Assembly: GCA_035519565.1 (NCBI GenBank)
Contig: DATIWD010000026.1
Location: forward strand, 1,074-65,073
From: Gemmatimonadales bacterium
Lineage (GTDB): Bacteria; Gemmatimonadota; Gemmatimonadetes; Gemmatimonadales; GWC2-71-9
Direction: 5' to 3'
DNA: 64,000 nucleotides
Made by a program: the position numbers and the translations under genes. Below the pieces are notes generated by a model. The model was not told the DNA's origin and ran no database searches. It saw only the letters and a list, made by a program, of their open reading frames with translations. Below, in pieces: positions 46,401-55,711 of this stretch (position 1 is its first letter; each line of letters starts with the position of its first letter).

Positions 46401-47848
46401 TGATGCTGGACCGTTCCCTGAAAGCTGATCAGCTGCAGGGGGCCGTCGAGCGTCCCCGACCCCTGCATCCGTCCTTCGAGAATCACCGCCGGAATCAGCA
46501 GCCGTGCGGAACGCAGATCGACATCCGCCTGCGTAAGCTCGGCGTGCTGGAACTCGAGGCCGTGCGGCCCGTTCAGTATGAGGTGGCCGTTCAGGGCGAT
46601 GCGGTTGAGCGGATGATCCTCCAGGCGTCCTTCGCGGAACATCCAGTCGAGGTCCACGTCCATGCTGTCGAAGTAGCCCCCGCCGGCGAGGGTTCCGCTG
46701 ACGCTTCCCTGGAACGGCAAGGTGTCGAGGTAGGGCCGCACCGCCTCGAGGTCGAGATCGGTGAGGGTCAGCTGCATGCCTCGTACGCCCAGCCCGCGGG
46801 CCTGGTTGGTGAGCAGAGTCACCCGCCCTTCCGCCTGCCCCGCGGCCCCGCTCAGGCGCAGGTCGCGAAGCGTGTACGCGGTCAGGGAATCGGACGTGGA
46901 TTGGAGACCGACCAGGCTCCGCCCCGACAGCGATGGAAAGTCCGGCGAGATCCAGCGCAGGTCCCCCAGGTCGATACGGGGCGCCGCCAGGGCCAGGTCG
47001 TATTGCAGCGGTCCGTGGGGCCAGGTGACCACGCCGCCGCCCCGCACCAGCGTGTTGGGGAGCGTGGCCCGGGTGATACTGAGGGCCAGGCTGTCTTCGT
47101 GAGTCCAGCCCCGGATCACGCCCGAGGTGATCGTGACCGCCGGATCGCTCACATGGGTCGCGATGGAATCGATATCGAAGGTGAGCGGCTGGTGGTCGGG
47201 GCTGCTGATCAGGATCCGGCGGAACTGCACGGTCAGCGGATCGAACGAGATGATGCGCTGCAGCCCCTCCGGGGTGTCTTCGATGACCCGCCCCGGCTGG
47301 GCCCGGTCGGCGGCCAGCGCCGCGTCGCGCGCCGCCTGGGTGTGGGCGTTATCCGGTGGAGACCAGGGCAACGAGATCCGGAGCAAGCCATCATCGACGG
47401 TCAGGTTCCGAAACTCGATCAGCGGCGAGGGACCGGTGCCGGGAGGACCTTCACCCAGCTTGAGCACTTCCTGGAAGTTGAGCCGCCCGCTGGAATGCTT
47501 GGTGATGTGAATGGTGGGATGATCCAGCGTGATCCTGCTCAGGACCACGCGGCCCACCAGGAGACTCTGGAGCCCGAACCGGATTTCCGCCCTGGGCAGC
47601 GACGCCAGGAGCGCGCCGCTGGTGTCGCGCACGGTCACCCGCTCCAGCGTGAGATCCCGAAGGAAGGAGCCGTAGATCGCGCCGATTTCGAACTGGCCCC
47701 GGAGACTCCGGCCCAGCTCGGCCGCGACTGCGCGCGCCAGCAGGGCCCGCCCCGAGCCGGTCCGGACCAGCACCATGACCAGGGCGATCAGGATCGGCAG
47801 CGTGCCGAGGGCGAGGGCGAGCAGGACCCGACCGGCGCGGCGTCGCAT
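43430..47848 (-). CDS. tamB: translocation and assembly module protein TamB (AsmA-like, DUF490 C-terminus)
   Basis: 1472 aa with an N-terminal signal-anchor and a long repetitive beta-rich body. The C-terminal block ends ...GFDVLWQREW. Directly downstream of an Omp85 gene. Confidence 0.8.
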   Translation of the reverse strand: MRRRAGRVLLALALGTLPILIALVMVLVRTGSGRALLARAVAAELGRSLRGQFEIGAIYGSFLRDLTLERVTVRDTSGALLASLPRAEIRFGLQSLLVGRVVLSRITLDHPTIHITKHSSGRLNFQEVLKLGEGPPGTGPSPLIEFRNLTVDDGLLRISLPWSPPDNAHTQAARDAALAADRAQPGRVIEDTPEGLQRIISFDPLTVQFRRILISSPDHQPLTFDIDSIATHVSDPAVTITSGVIRGWTHEDSLALSITRATLPNTLVRGGGVVTWPHGPLQYDLALAAPRIDLGDLRWISPDFPSLSGRSLVGLQSTSDSLTAYTLRDLRLSGAAGQAEGRVTLLTNQARGLGVRGMQLTLTDLDLEAVRPYLDTLPFQGSVSGTLAGGGYFDSMDVDLDWMFREGRLEDHPLNRIALNGHLILNGPHGLEFQHAELTQADVDLRSARLLIPAVILEGRMQGSGTLDGPLQLISFQGTVQHQDGDRPVSVASGSVTFDSRGNTLGLASDLTFDPLDFEGIRRAFPSLKSQGRLSGRVHTSGFLDRLAIDANLHGELGTFHARGRGTVLPPRWGADDMAIEFRDLDLGTLRGDGPHTRLQGSLRATGVIDTLVAPKGRLAVELGPGSMREFVFDTAWTIVSVADSLIQLDTLGMSWLAGGLGGSGTLGWTSGHDGVMQFNARLDSLGVLDSLALVMSGLPRDTSAGSRRLSGRGDAALRLGGSLDSLNARLEAEVRDASWQQARTAVLDGKLEWGGGRRPRLAASLASDSVSVGHWVARNAGFEVEGYADSLDWHTSLGLGEAVLLRGGGYWWRRGDARLYHVDSLAANLPNHRWQLSHPTSALLADTAFSIESVTLDADDGSGSIGVGGTVPRGRAGDFAIHVLGLPLQDLYLLGQRDTTGVNGRVGMDLAVGGNFESPTFTGTASLADARFEDFNAPFIQGVVNYADRSLEANLLVWRTGQPVLRVQGQLPVDLALKSVPERRLQGPLLIRGTADSTDLGVIEAFTPTVRGVRGVLNAAMELGGTWDAPRLSGYISLSDAAMTLPALGARYTGISGRARLSGDSIQLDTLKLNSGQGTMRVTGGLRLEELTRPVFDLRFRASRFYAVDIRNLLSLEASGDVALRGPFIGATVTGELTANSGALHFADLITKRIVDLETTPDSELIDQSQIRRQRLGVGIPNKFLEALIIQDLRLSMGESFWLRSNEANIQLDGALTVNKVRQNYRIYGTLTALRGTYALKVGFVTRNFTVERGDVRYFGTPDLNADLDIEARYTVRTVPDNEEIPVIATVSGTLLAPKLTLTSDQHPPLSETELVSYLMFGQPSFGLASGNSAQGANQLAAVNSAVSYLSSALSNEIQRTLATDLGVPIDYIEIKPGQLSPSQTNQTGVASVAQVAAGWQIGRNVFVAVNADVCTNRTQLYPNAEYRISKEFRLKATVEPSLYCTDINPALQSNVNRYQVGFDVLWQREW

Positions 47849-50037
47849 CAGAACGGCTGCCCGATGGCGAAGTGGAGTTTCCAGCCGACTTTGCCGGGCT
47901 GCTGGTAATCGGACTGCGCGAACACCAGCGTGCCGTCGGACCGCTCCAGGTAGAGCGCGCCCGGCGTATTGGCGTACCCGTTGTAGGCCAGGTCGAGGCG
48001 TAGCGGCCCCAACGGGGTCTGGACCCGAATCCCTCCGCCCGGAGTCACCCGGACCAGCGTCGGGGAGAATTTGGTCTCGCCGCGCTGGTAGAGCAGTCCC
48101 CCGTCGACGAAGAAGGCGAAGCGCATGTGGCGGGACCAGATTGGGGACGGAACACGCAGCTCCACGTTGGCCACGGCGAGCGTGTTGCCGCCCGTGGCCG
48201 AGAAATGCACCGGGATCTGGCCCTTGTTCACGGAATCCAGGGCGGCGGGAGGGAGACTGTCACGGGTCACGATGTACACCACCGGTCCCATCTCGTTGGG
48301 GCTGTACCCACGGACGTCGTTCGGTCCGCCGGCGTAGAACCGCGCCTCCGGCGGGGTGAAGCGGACCGGTCCGCTGTCGAACGGAATCTCCGGCGAGACC
48401 AGGGCGCCGGCGCGGAGCCGCCAGCTCAAGGTGACCTCCGAGCTCAGGGGGCGATACCAGGCGGCATCGGCCACCAGGCTGGCGAACTGCTCCTGCTCGG
48501 AGGAACCGGTGAACTTGGCGCTCAGGTTTCCCAGCAGGGAGATCAGCGAACCCCGGGTGGGGTCGAGGGGGCTGTTGGAGCGAGGCCAGGCAATCCGGCC
48601 GGACACCACGCCGGCCCGGCGCTGCTGACTGATCTCATTCCGGTCCGCCGGCGTACAGGCGTTGAAGAAGGCGCAGAGCGTGGCGTCGCTGGCAACCGTC
48701 TTGCCGAAGGTGAGGCGGTACCCCACCGTGATCACGTTGTGCAGCGGCGTCTCCCGGACCACGTTCAGCGCGCCACCGATGTCCTCGACGCGATAGACGT
48801 TGACTTCGGAGCGCCGTTCGCCGAAAACGCTGAAGTTGCCCACCAGGCGCGGTGACCCCAGGAACCTCGGCTCCCGGACCAGGGCGGTCACGTTGTAGTT
48901 GACCAGGCTGGATCCGATGGAGTCCTCCTTGAGGCCGGAGCAGATGTTGTTCTCCAGGCCGAAATTCAGCGGATCACCCACGCCGATCTTGGAAACCCGG
49001 GCCGAGAGGTCGAACAGTTTCCCGCTCCGGAAAATGTTCCGGTCGGTAAACCCCGCCCCGATCCGGAAGCAGTCGTCGGTGCCGTAGCCCACCTGCGAAC
49101 GGACCTTGTAGCGCCTTCCCTCGGCCACCCGGGTCAGGATCGGGATCACCGTATCTCCGGGCTGGAACCTGGTGGAGTCGATGGTGACCGTGGCGAAGCG
49201 GAACAGATCGGTCGAATACAGCTTTCGCTGGCTGTCGAACAGCCGGTCCTCCTTGTACAGCTGTCCCGACTCGAGGAGCAACAGCTTCCGGACCCGGCTG
49301 GTGTCGAGGCCCGCGGACCCTTCGACGGTGACCGGTCCGATGATGCCCTGCTTCCCGGGCACCACCTCGAGCGAGACCGCGGCCGTGCGGGCGTCCTTGT
49401 CCACGTCGAAGCTCCGCAGCACTTCCACCGACGGGTACCCGCGGTTGCGGAGCCGCCGGGCGATGGTGTCGGCGCTGGTCTGGAAGAGGAAGCGGTTGAA
49501 TGGCGCACCGACGCGAAGGGCCAGGTCTTCGGTGATCTCCCTGGGCTTGGGGAGGGTGTCGATGCCGGTGATGGTGAACGTGGTCACCCGGACCGGCTCG
49601 CCCTCCGTAATCAGGAATTGGATCGCTACTTCCTTCGGCTTGCGGGTCACCACGGTATCGATCTTCACTTCCATGAAACCGCTCTGGCGGTAGAGCAGGA
49701 TCAGGCGGAGCACGTCCCGCTTGAACTCCAGCTCGTCGAATTCCCGTTTCTCCCCCAGTCCGATCCAGCGGAAGGGAGGCGTGCGGGCGAACCAGTTCGA
49801 GTTGGTGGTGCTGATGGCCGCGCTGAGGACTTCGGTGTCGATGGAGCGATTTCCCACAAACTTGAGGCCCTTCACCACGCGAACGCTGTCCTGGGCCACG
49901 GCGGGCGCGACCAGGACGGTGGACAGCAGCACGGCGTGGAGCGCTCGCTTCAATGGGGTCGTGCGACTATTCCAACGCGGGAGCGCGAGTGTTGGCACGA
50001 CCCCCCCGGGGGCCGGCGCGGAACCGGGCAACAGCAC
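47848..50037 (-). CDS. Omp85-family outer membrane protein (TamA/BamA-like) with POTRA domains
   Basis: Signal peptide (..VLVAPAVAQD), POTRA-like repeats, and a C-terminal barrel ending ...HFAIGQPF. The start may be TTG 49953 rather than 50037. Confidence 0.8.
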   Translation of the reverse strand: MLLPGSAPAPGGVVPTLALPRWNSRTTPLKRALHAVLLSTVLVAPAVAQDSVRVVKGLKFVGNRSIDTEVLSAAISTTNSNWFARTPPFRWIGLGEKREFDELEFKRDVLRLILLYRQSGFMEVKIDTVVTRKPKEVAIQFLITEGEPVRVTTFTITGIDTLPKPREITEDLALRVGAPFNRFLFQTSADTIARRLRNRGYPSVEVLRSFDVDKDARTAAVSLEVVPGKQGIIGPVTVEGSAGLDTSRVRKLLLLESGQLYKEDRLFDSQRKLYSTDLFRFATVTIDSTRFQPGDTVIPILTRVAEGRRYKVRSQVGYGTDDCFRIGAGFTDRNIFRSGKLFDLSARVSKIGVGDPLNFGLENNICSGLKEDSIGSSLVNYNVTALVREPRFLGSPRLVGNFSVFGERRSEVNVYRVEDIGGALNVVRETPLHNVITVGYRLTFGKTVASDATLCAFFNACTPADRNEISQQRRAGVVSGRIAWPRSNSPLDPTRGSLISLLGNLSAKFTGSSEQEQFASLVADAAWYRPLSSEVTLSWRLRAGALVSPEIPFDSGPVRFTPPEARFYAGGPNDVRGYSPNEMGPVVYIVTRDSLPPAALDSVNKGQIPVHFSATGGNTLAVANVELRVPSPIWSRHMRFAFFVDGGLLYQRGETKFSPTLVRVTPGGGIRVQTPLGPLRLDLAYNGYANTPGALYLERSDGTLVFAQSDYQQPGKVGWKLHFAIGQPF

Positions 50038-50082
50038 GCAACTGCTGGAGTTTCGCCGGGTTACAGGTTAGAGTCAACCGGA

Positions 50083-51615
50083 GTGTGGCGCCCCGTTCTG
50101 CCTCTCCTGCTGCTGCTGGGCTCCGGCTGCCGGACGCCGGAGAATCGCACCACCCTCAACTACTACTTCTCCTTCGACCCCCGCTCCCTCGACCCCGCCT
50201 TTTCGAGCGACGTCCCGAGCGGCCAGGTGGTGGCGCTGGTCTTCGATAACCTCACCCAATTCGACGCCGACGGCCGCCTCCAGCCGGGGCTGGCTCGCAC
50301 CTGGGAGGCCGACCGCCGGGGCCTGGTGTACACCTTTCATCTGCGCCGAGGGGTTCGGTTTCACAACGGGCGCCGGCTGGTCGCCGACGATGTCCGCGCC
50401 AGCTGGCTGCGCGCCCTCTCGCCGGTCACCAAGGGCGGTCGCGGCTGGCCGCTGTTCCCGATCCGCGGCGCGCGCGCCTTTGCGGCCGGTGCCGACAGCG
50501 CCGTGGCGATCGCGGTCCCCGACGACTCGACCGTCGTGGTCACTCTGGAGGTGCCGCTCAACTTCTTCCCCATGCTGCTCGCCATGCCGGTCGCGGCGGT
50601 GGTCCCCCTGCCGACGCCTCCGGAGTTCGACCAGCAACCGGTGGGCAGCGGGCCCTGGCGCTTCGTCTCCTGGTCTCACGACGACCACATCGTCCTGGCG
50701 AAAAACGCCGAATACTGGGGACAGCCGCCCAGGTCCGACACGCTCCGGATCCGGATCATCCCCGAGACAATGACCCAGGCGGCCGAATACGAATCGGGCC
50801 GGCTCAGCGTGCTCGAGGTGCCGCCGGGAGAGACCCGCATGTGGGAGACCAAACGCGCCGCCGAGCTCCAGCGGACTCCTTCGCTCCGGATTCTCTACAT
50901 CGCCATCAACACCACGCGCGGGCCGCTCAAGGACGTCCGGGTGCGCCAGGCGCTCAATCACGCCGTGGACCTGCCGACCATCCTCGACCGGCTCATGGGA
51001 GGGCGAGGCACTCTCGCGGCGGGCGCGCTCCCGCCGGGTCTCGAAGGCTACGATTCGACGCGGGCACGATACGCCTACGACCCGGCGCTGGCGAAAAGTC
51101 TCCTCGCTGAGGCAGGATACTCCGGTGGCTTCTCGCTTCAGCTCTGGCGGGGACAACTGCCGGGCTACGCCCGGGTCGCGCAGGCGGTGCAACAGGATCT
51201 CGGCGCCGTGGGCATCAAGGTCGAAATCGTCGAGCGGGACTACGCCAGCGCGCGGGCCGCCGCATGGAAGGGCGAAGCGGATCTCTTTCTCAGCGAGTGG
51301 TACGCCGACTACCCCGACCCCGAGAATTTCAACTTTCCTCTCTTTCACTCGAGCAATCGGGGCGCCGGCGCCAACTACGCGTTCCTCAACGACCCGGTAC
51401 TCGACAGCCTGATCCTCCTGGCCCGGAGCACGACGCGGGAGGAGGAAAAAGTCCGCCTGGATCGCACCATCGACCAGCGGGTCTTCGAGGCCGCGCCCTG
51501 GATCTTCTGCTGGTTCGTCACCGACCTCTGGGCGGTGCAGCCCGATGTCCGAGGCTGGAGCATCCCCCGCATCTTCACCGGACAGCGCTGGCAGGACGTG
51601 GTTCGCGGGCCATGA
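50083..51615 (+). CDS. ABC transporter substrate-binding lipoprotein, family 5 (peptide/nickel type)
   Basis: GTG 50083. Lipobox LLLLGSGC. Family 5 blocks (FDNLTQFDADGRLQPGLA, TFHLRRGVRFHNG). The upstream part of ORF 49618..51615 is rejected. Confidence 0.85.
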   Translation: MWRPVLPLLLLLGSGCRTPENRTTLNYYFSFDPRSLDPAFSSDVPSGQVVALVFDNLTQFDADGRLQPGLARTWEADRRGLVYTFHLRRGVRFHNGRRLVADDVRASWLRALSPVTKGGRGWPLFPIRGARAFAAGADSAVAIAVPDDSTVVVTLEVPLNFFPMLLAMPVAAVVPLPTPPEFDQQPVGSGPWRFVSWSHDDHIVLAKNAEYWGQPPRSDTLRIRIIPETMTQAAEYESGRLSVLEVPPGETRMWETKRAAELQRTPSLRILYIAINTTRGPLKDVRVRQALNHAVDLPTILDRLMGGRGTLAAGALPPGLEGYDSTRARYAYDPALAKSLLAEAGYSGGFSLQLWRGQLPGYARVAQAVQQDLGAVGIKVEIVERDYASARAAAWKGEADLFLSEWYADYPDPENFNFPLFHSSNRGAGANYAFLNDPVLDSLILLARSTTREEEKVRLDRTIDQRVFEAAPWIFCWFVTDLWAVQPDVRGWSIPRIFTGQRWQDVVRGP

Positions 51616-52532
51616 AACGGTTTCTGACGGTGCGACTCGCATTGCTGGTCCCCACGCTGCTCGGCGTGCTGGTGGTGGCCTTTCTCTTGCTCTATGTCGC
51701 GCCGGGAGACCCGGTGCAGGCCATGGTCGGCGAGCGGGCCGACCCGCAGACCATCGCGCAGTTGCGGGCCGACCTGCATCTCGACGAGTCCCTCGCGGCC
51801 CAGTTCGGCCACTACGTCAGGAGCGTCCTGCGGGGAGACCTGGGGACCTCGTACATCACGCGGCGCCCGATTCTCACGGACCTGTTGCAGCGCTTCCCGG
51901 CGACGTTGCGGCTGGCCGCGGCGGCCATGCTCTTTGCGACGCTGCTGGGGATTTCCGTCGGGGTCCTGGGCGCCTGGAAGCCGGGCTCGTGGATGGACCG
52001 GCTCGCGACCGGAGCGGCGTACCTGGGGATCTCGTTCCCGGTCTACTGGGTCGGCCTGGTGCTCATTCTGGTCTTCGCGGTGAACCTTCGCTGGTTCCCG
52101 CCCTCGGGCTCGGCGGGGATCGCGGCCCTGGTGCTCCCGGCCATCACGCTGGGGATGCGATCGGTGGCGTTTCTCGCCCGGGTGACCCGCGCGGCCATGC
52201 AGGAGGTGCTGCAGAGCGACTTCGTCCGCACCGCCCGGGCCCAGGGACTCTCGGAGACCCGAGTGCTGGTCCGGCGCGCGCTCCGAAACGCGCTGCTCCC
52301 GGTCTTGACCGTGGCCGGGCTCGATTTCGGGAGTTATCTCACCGGCTCGATCCTGACGGAGACGGTGTTCAGCTGGCCGGGGGTGGGACGCTACGTGCTG
52401 ACCGCCATCGAGAAACGGGATCTTCCCGCGGTGCAAGGCAGTATTCTTTTTCTGAGCCTGGTATTCGTGCTGGTGAACCTGCTGACCGATCTCCTGTATG
52501 CCAAGGCGGATCCGCGAGTGTCGTATGACTGA
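51612..52532 (+). CDS. ABC transporter permease, DppB/OppB type
   Basis: MKRFLTVRLALLVPTLLGVLVVAFLLLYVAPGDP N-terminus and EAA-type loop (DFVRTARAQGLSE). ATGA overlap with the binding protein gene. Confidence 0.9.
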   Translation: MKRFLTVRLALLVPTLLGVLVVAFLLLYVAPGDPVQAMVGERADPQTIAQLRADLHLDESLAAQFGHYVRSVLRGDLGTSYITRRPILTDLLQRFPATLRLAAAAMLFATLLGISVGVLGAWKPGSWMDRLATGAAYLGISFPVYWVGLVLILVFAVNLRWFPPSGSAGIAALVLPAITLGMRSVAFLARVTRAAMQEVLQSDFVRTARAQGLSETRVLVRRALRNALLPVLTVAGLDFGSYLTGSILTETVFSWPGVGRYVLTAIEKRDLPAVQGSILFLSLVFVLVNLLTDLLYAKADPRVSYD

Positions 52533-54042
52533 ACCTCGGCGTGGACTGGGGTGGAGCGTGGCGCTGGTCTGGGTCGCCCTCTGCCCCACCGCACTTCCGC
52601 TCCACGCGCAGAAGCTCGGCGCGAAGCTCGACGCCCGGCTGGACGCGCCGCCCTTCCGGAGCACCATCTGGGGGGTCGCGGTGCTGGACCAGAACGGGCG
52701 CTCGCTCTACGCGCGCAACGCGGACCGCCTGTTCATTCCCGCCAGCAACACCAAGCTGGTCGTGAGCGCCGTGGCCGCGGCTCTCCTGCCCCCCAGCTGG
52801 ACGGTCAAGACCAGCCTCTATGCCGCCGGTCCCGTCGACGGGAGCACGCTCCGTGGCGACCTGGTCCTCTACGGCCGAGGCGATCCCACCTTCAGCCAGC
52901 GCTGCTACGCCACCGACTCGACCCTCGCCGGAGCCTGCGAGACCGATCCCTTCGCCCGACTCCGCGTGCTGGCGGACAGCCTGAAGGCGCGGGGGATCCG
53001 CACCGTAACCGGGGACATCGTGGGCGACGGGAGTTACTTCGAGCCTCGAATGGTGCATCCGAGCTGGGAGGCCTTCGATCTCAACTGGTGGTACGCGGCC
53101 CCGGTCTCGGGACTCGACTTCAATGACAACAGCATCAACATCATCTGGGGACCGGGGCCAGCCGAAGATGCCCCAGCCGCCATTCGTTTCGAGCCCAGCC
53201 TGGGTGAAATCTCCCTGGAGAACCGCACCCGCACCGTCGCCGCCGGCGGCGTCACCGACATCGCGGACCGGATCTTCCGGGAGCCTGGCACCCTCCGACT
53301 GTGGGCCGAGGGCACCGTCGCCATCGACAAACCGCAGCGTACCGATTACTTCGCCCTGCCGGATCCCAACTGGTTCGCCGCCCGCGCGATGCGCCAGGTG
53401 CTCAACGAGCAGGGCATCGCCGTCCTCGGGCAGGTTCGCTCGACGACCGATTCGATGAAGTACCTGGCCGCACGGAACACCGCTCCCCTGGCGGAGGTCG
53501 CGTCCCGGCCGCTCAAGGACTGGATCTTCGCGATCCTCAATACCAGCCAGAACCTCTTCGCGGAGATGCTCCTCAAGCAGCTCGGCCGGCAGTTCGGCAA
53601 GGCGGGCTCCTGGGACGAGGGGCTGATGGTGGAGCAGCGCTTCCTGGTCGACAGCGTGAAGGTGGACTCGACCCAGTTCCGCCTGGTGGATGGCTCGGGA
53701 CTCTCGAGCCAGAACCTGATCGCTCCGGGCGCCCTGGCCAAGATCCTCCAGTACATGCGCCGGCACCCCCGATTCGAGACCTTCAGCGCCGGGTTACCTC
53801 GCTCCGGTCTCCCCGGCACCCTGCGTACCCGCTTCGTCGGTACGCCCTTGGAAGGGAAGGTCTGGGCCAAGACCGGCACGACCTCGCTGGGCAGCACGCT
53901 TTCAGGGTTCATCGAGCTGGCCCCCGGGAAATGGGCTACCTTCTCGATCCAGTCCAACCACTACACGGCGACCAACGGGGTGATGAAGGACGGGATCGAC
54001 AGCGTGGTGGTGGAGATCGGGCGCTCAATGACGAAACGCTGA
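52525..54042 (+). CDS. dacB: D-alanyl-D-alanine carboxypeptidase/endopeptidase (PBP4, peptidase S13)
   Basis: Signal peptide, SxxK (PASNTK), SGL and KTGT-type motifs (WAKTGTT). ATG 52525 overlaps the permease end by 8 nt. Confidence 0.85.
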   Translation: MTEPRRGLGWSVALVWVALCPTALPLHAQKLGAKLDARLDAPPFRSTIWGVAVLDQNGRSLYARNADRLFIPASNTKLVVSAVAAALLPPSWTVKTSLYAAGPVDGSTLRGDLVLYGRGDPTFSQRCYATDSTLAGACETDPFARLRVLADSLKARGIRTVTGDIVGDGSYFEPRMVHPSWEAFDLNWWYAAPVSGLDFNDNSINIIWGPGPAEDAPAAIRFEPSLGEISLENRTRTVAAGGVTDIADRIFREPGTLRLWAEGTVAIDKPQRTDYFALPDPNWFAARAMRQVLNEQGIAVLGQVRSTTDSMKYLAARNTAPLAEVASRPLKDWIFAILNTSQNLFAEMLLKQLGRQFGKAGSWDEGLMVEQRFLVDSVKVDSTQFRLVDGSGLSSQNLIAPGALAKILQYMRRHPRFETFSAGLPRSGLPGTLRTRFVGTPLEGKVWAKTGTTSLGSTLSGFIELAPGKWATFSIQSNHYTATNGVMKDGIDSVVVEIGRSMTKR

Positions 54043-54054
54043 GAGGGTACAGTC

Positions 54055-54537
54055 ATGCTGCTGCTGCTGGTGCGACACGCGGAGGCGGGCGACCGGAACG
54101 CCTCCGTCTACGCCGACGACACTCAGCGCCCGCTCACCGGCAAGGGAATGAAGGTGCAGGCCAAGGTGAGTCGGCGGCTCCGCAAGCGTGGCTACCAGCC
54201 CGATCTGATCCTTTCAAGCCCCTGGGTCCGGGCCTGGCAGACGGCGACCATTCTCGCCCAGGGCACCCGGACCGAAGTCGCGCCGGTCGAATGCCCCCCT
54301 CTCGCCACCGATCCCGACATACCGTCGCTGGCAGAAGCCGTCGGTTCGCGGCATCCGGAGGAGATCGTGGCCCTGGTCGGCCACGAGCCCTGGATGAGCG
54401 AGCTGGCCTCGCTCCTCCTGGCCGGCGAGCCGGACAAGGTGGCGATTGACTTCCCCAAGAGCGGCGTGATGGGCATCGAGGTCAGCGAGCTGGCCGCCGG
54501 CGCCGGCTCTCTCCGGTTCTTTCTCCGACCCAAGTAA
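54055..54537 (+). CDS. sixA: phosphohistidine phosphatase SixA
   Basis: LLLVRHAEA (RHG-type motif), a downstream His (LVGHEP), and 160 aa size typical of SixA. Confidence 0.8.
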   Translation: MLLLLVRHAEAGDRNASVYADDTQRPLTGKGMKVQAKVSRRLRKRGYQPDLILSSPWVRAWQTATILAQGTRTEVAPVECPPLATDPDIPSLAEAVGSRHPEEIVALVGHEPWMSELASLLLAGEPDKVAIDFPKSGVMGIEVSELAAGAGSLRFFLRPK

Positions 54538-54609
54538 GGCCGCGACGCGGCTCGACATTCTTCGTCTCACCTTTACGCCGGCGCCCAGGCGCGGCGAGAT
54601 TGGTGCTTG

Positions 54610-55704
54610 ATGCGGAGACCCCTGGTCGGCATCGCGGCCGCGGCCCTCGGTGTGCTCGCCGGGTGCCAGGCCACCTCCCAGTTCCTGACCGAGCTGCTGA
54701 AGGAGCGGCCTCCGATCCCCCTCGAGGCCGCCACCGTCACCAGCGACCTCAGGATCGACTCAACCGGGGTCCTTCAGGGCAGCCTGGTCGGCGAAGGCAC
54801 TCCCTGGCAGGTCCATCTCCTTTCCAGCGATACCACGATTATCGCCCAGCTGGCCCGCGCCGGTGGCTACGACCCCAGGCGCTCCAGCGTGTGGGATTGG
54901 CTGGCCAAGCGGCGTACCGTGGAGATCGACCCCAGCTACGTACGCCTGCGGGGCACCCCTCAGCAAATCGTCATCGGTTCTCCCGACGGCCACACCGGGG
55001 TCCGGCTCCAGAGCATCCTGCTTCACGGCAGCGCCTGCGGCAGCCGCGGCGCCCAGGCCGAACTGGTGGTCGAAGACGCCCGGCTGGGCGGGCCGTCGCT
55101 GCGCGGACCGGTGGTCGCCTCCTTCCGACCGGGCGACCCGACCGCGGAGCGGTACTACCGCAATCTCCCTCCGGCGATGTCAGATTCGTTGCAGCGGCGC
55201 CTGGTGGCCCAGACCGCCGCCGCCGCCGATTCGGTCTATCTCCGGTATCTCAATCGCAACGAGCGCCCACTGAGTGCTTCCGTCCCCAGCCGGCTCGATA
55301 TCAACCTGTTGGCCGACTTCGACGCCGCCGACGTGCTCCCCTTCCGGCTCGACGATGGGCGGGTCCGCTATGTGGTCGCGCTGCGCGAACAGCGCGCCAC
55401 GGCCAACGGGATCCCCGTGGTGGCCGCCACGATGATGGTGTGGGATAGCGCCGCCGTCTGGCGCCAGTTCGTGTTCCGTCCCACCTTGCTGGAGTGGCGG
55501 CGCGGGCAGCTGATGGCCCACTCAGGATGGGTACCGCTGTTCTGGCGCCGAGTGGAAGCGATCAGCGGCTTCGCCTTCGACCACGACTACCTCTGGCTGG
55601 AACAGGTCGATCCCGTGGCTGACCGCGTGCTCTGGGTGGTGATGGAGCCTCGTAGCAACAACGTCGTGGCTGCCGCCGAGGTGGCGAGCCCCTGCCTGGA
55701 CTAG
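54610..55704 (+). CDS. hypothetical lipoprotein
   Basis: Lipobox AALGVLAGC. 364 aa with no motif I recognise. TTG 54607 is an alternative start. Confidence 0.55.
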   Translation: MRRPLVGIAAAALGVLAGCQATSQFLTELLKERPPIPLEAATVTSDLRIDSTGVLQGSLVGEGTPWQVHLLSSDTTIIAQLARAGGYDPRRSSVWDWLAKRRTVEIDPSYVRLRGTPQQIVIGSPDGHTGVRLQSILLHGSACGSRGAQAELVVEDARLGGPSLRGPVVASFRPGDPTAERYYRNLPPAMSDSLQRRLVAQTAAAADSVYLRYLNRNERPLSASVPSRLDINLLADFDAADVLPFRLDDGRVRYVVALREQRATANGIPVVAATMMVWDSAAVWRQFVFRPTLLEWRRGQLMAHSGWVPLFWRRVEAISGFAFDHDYLWLEQVDPVADRVLWVVMEPRSNNVVAAAEVASPCLD

Positions 55705-55711
55705 AGGACCC

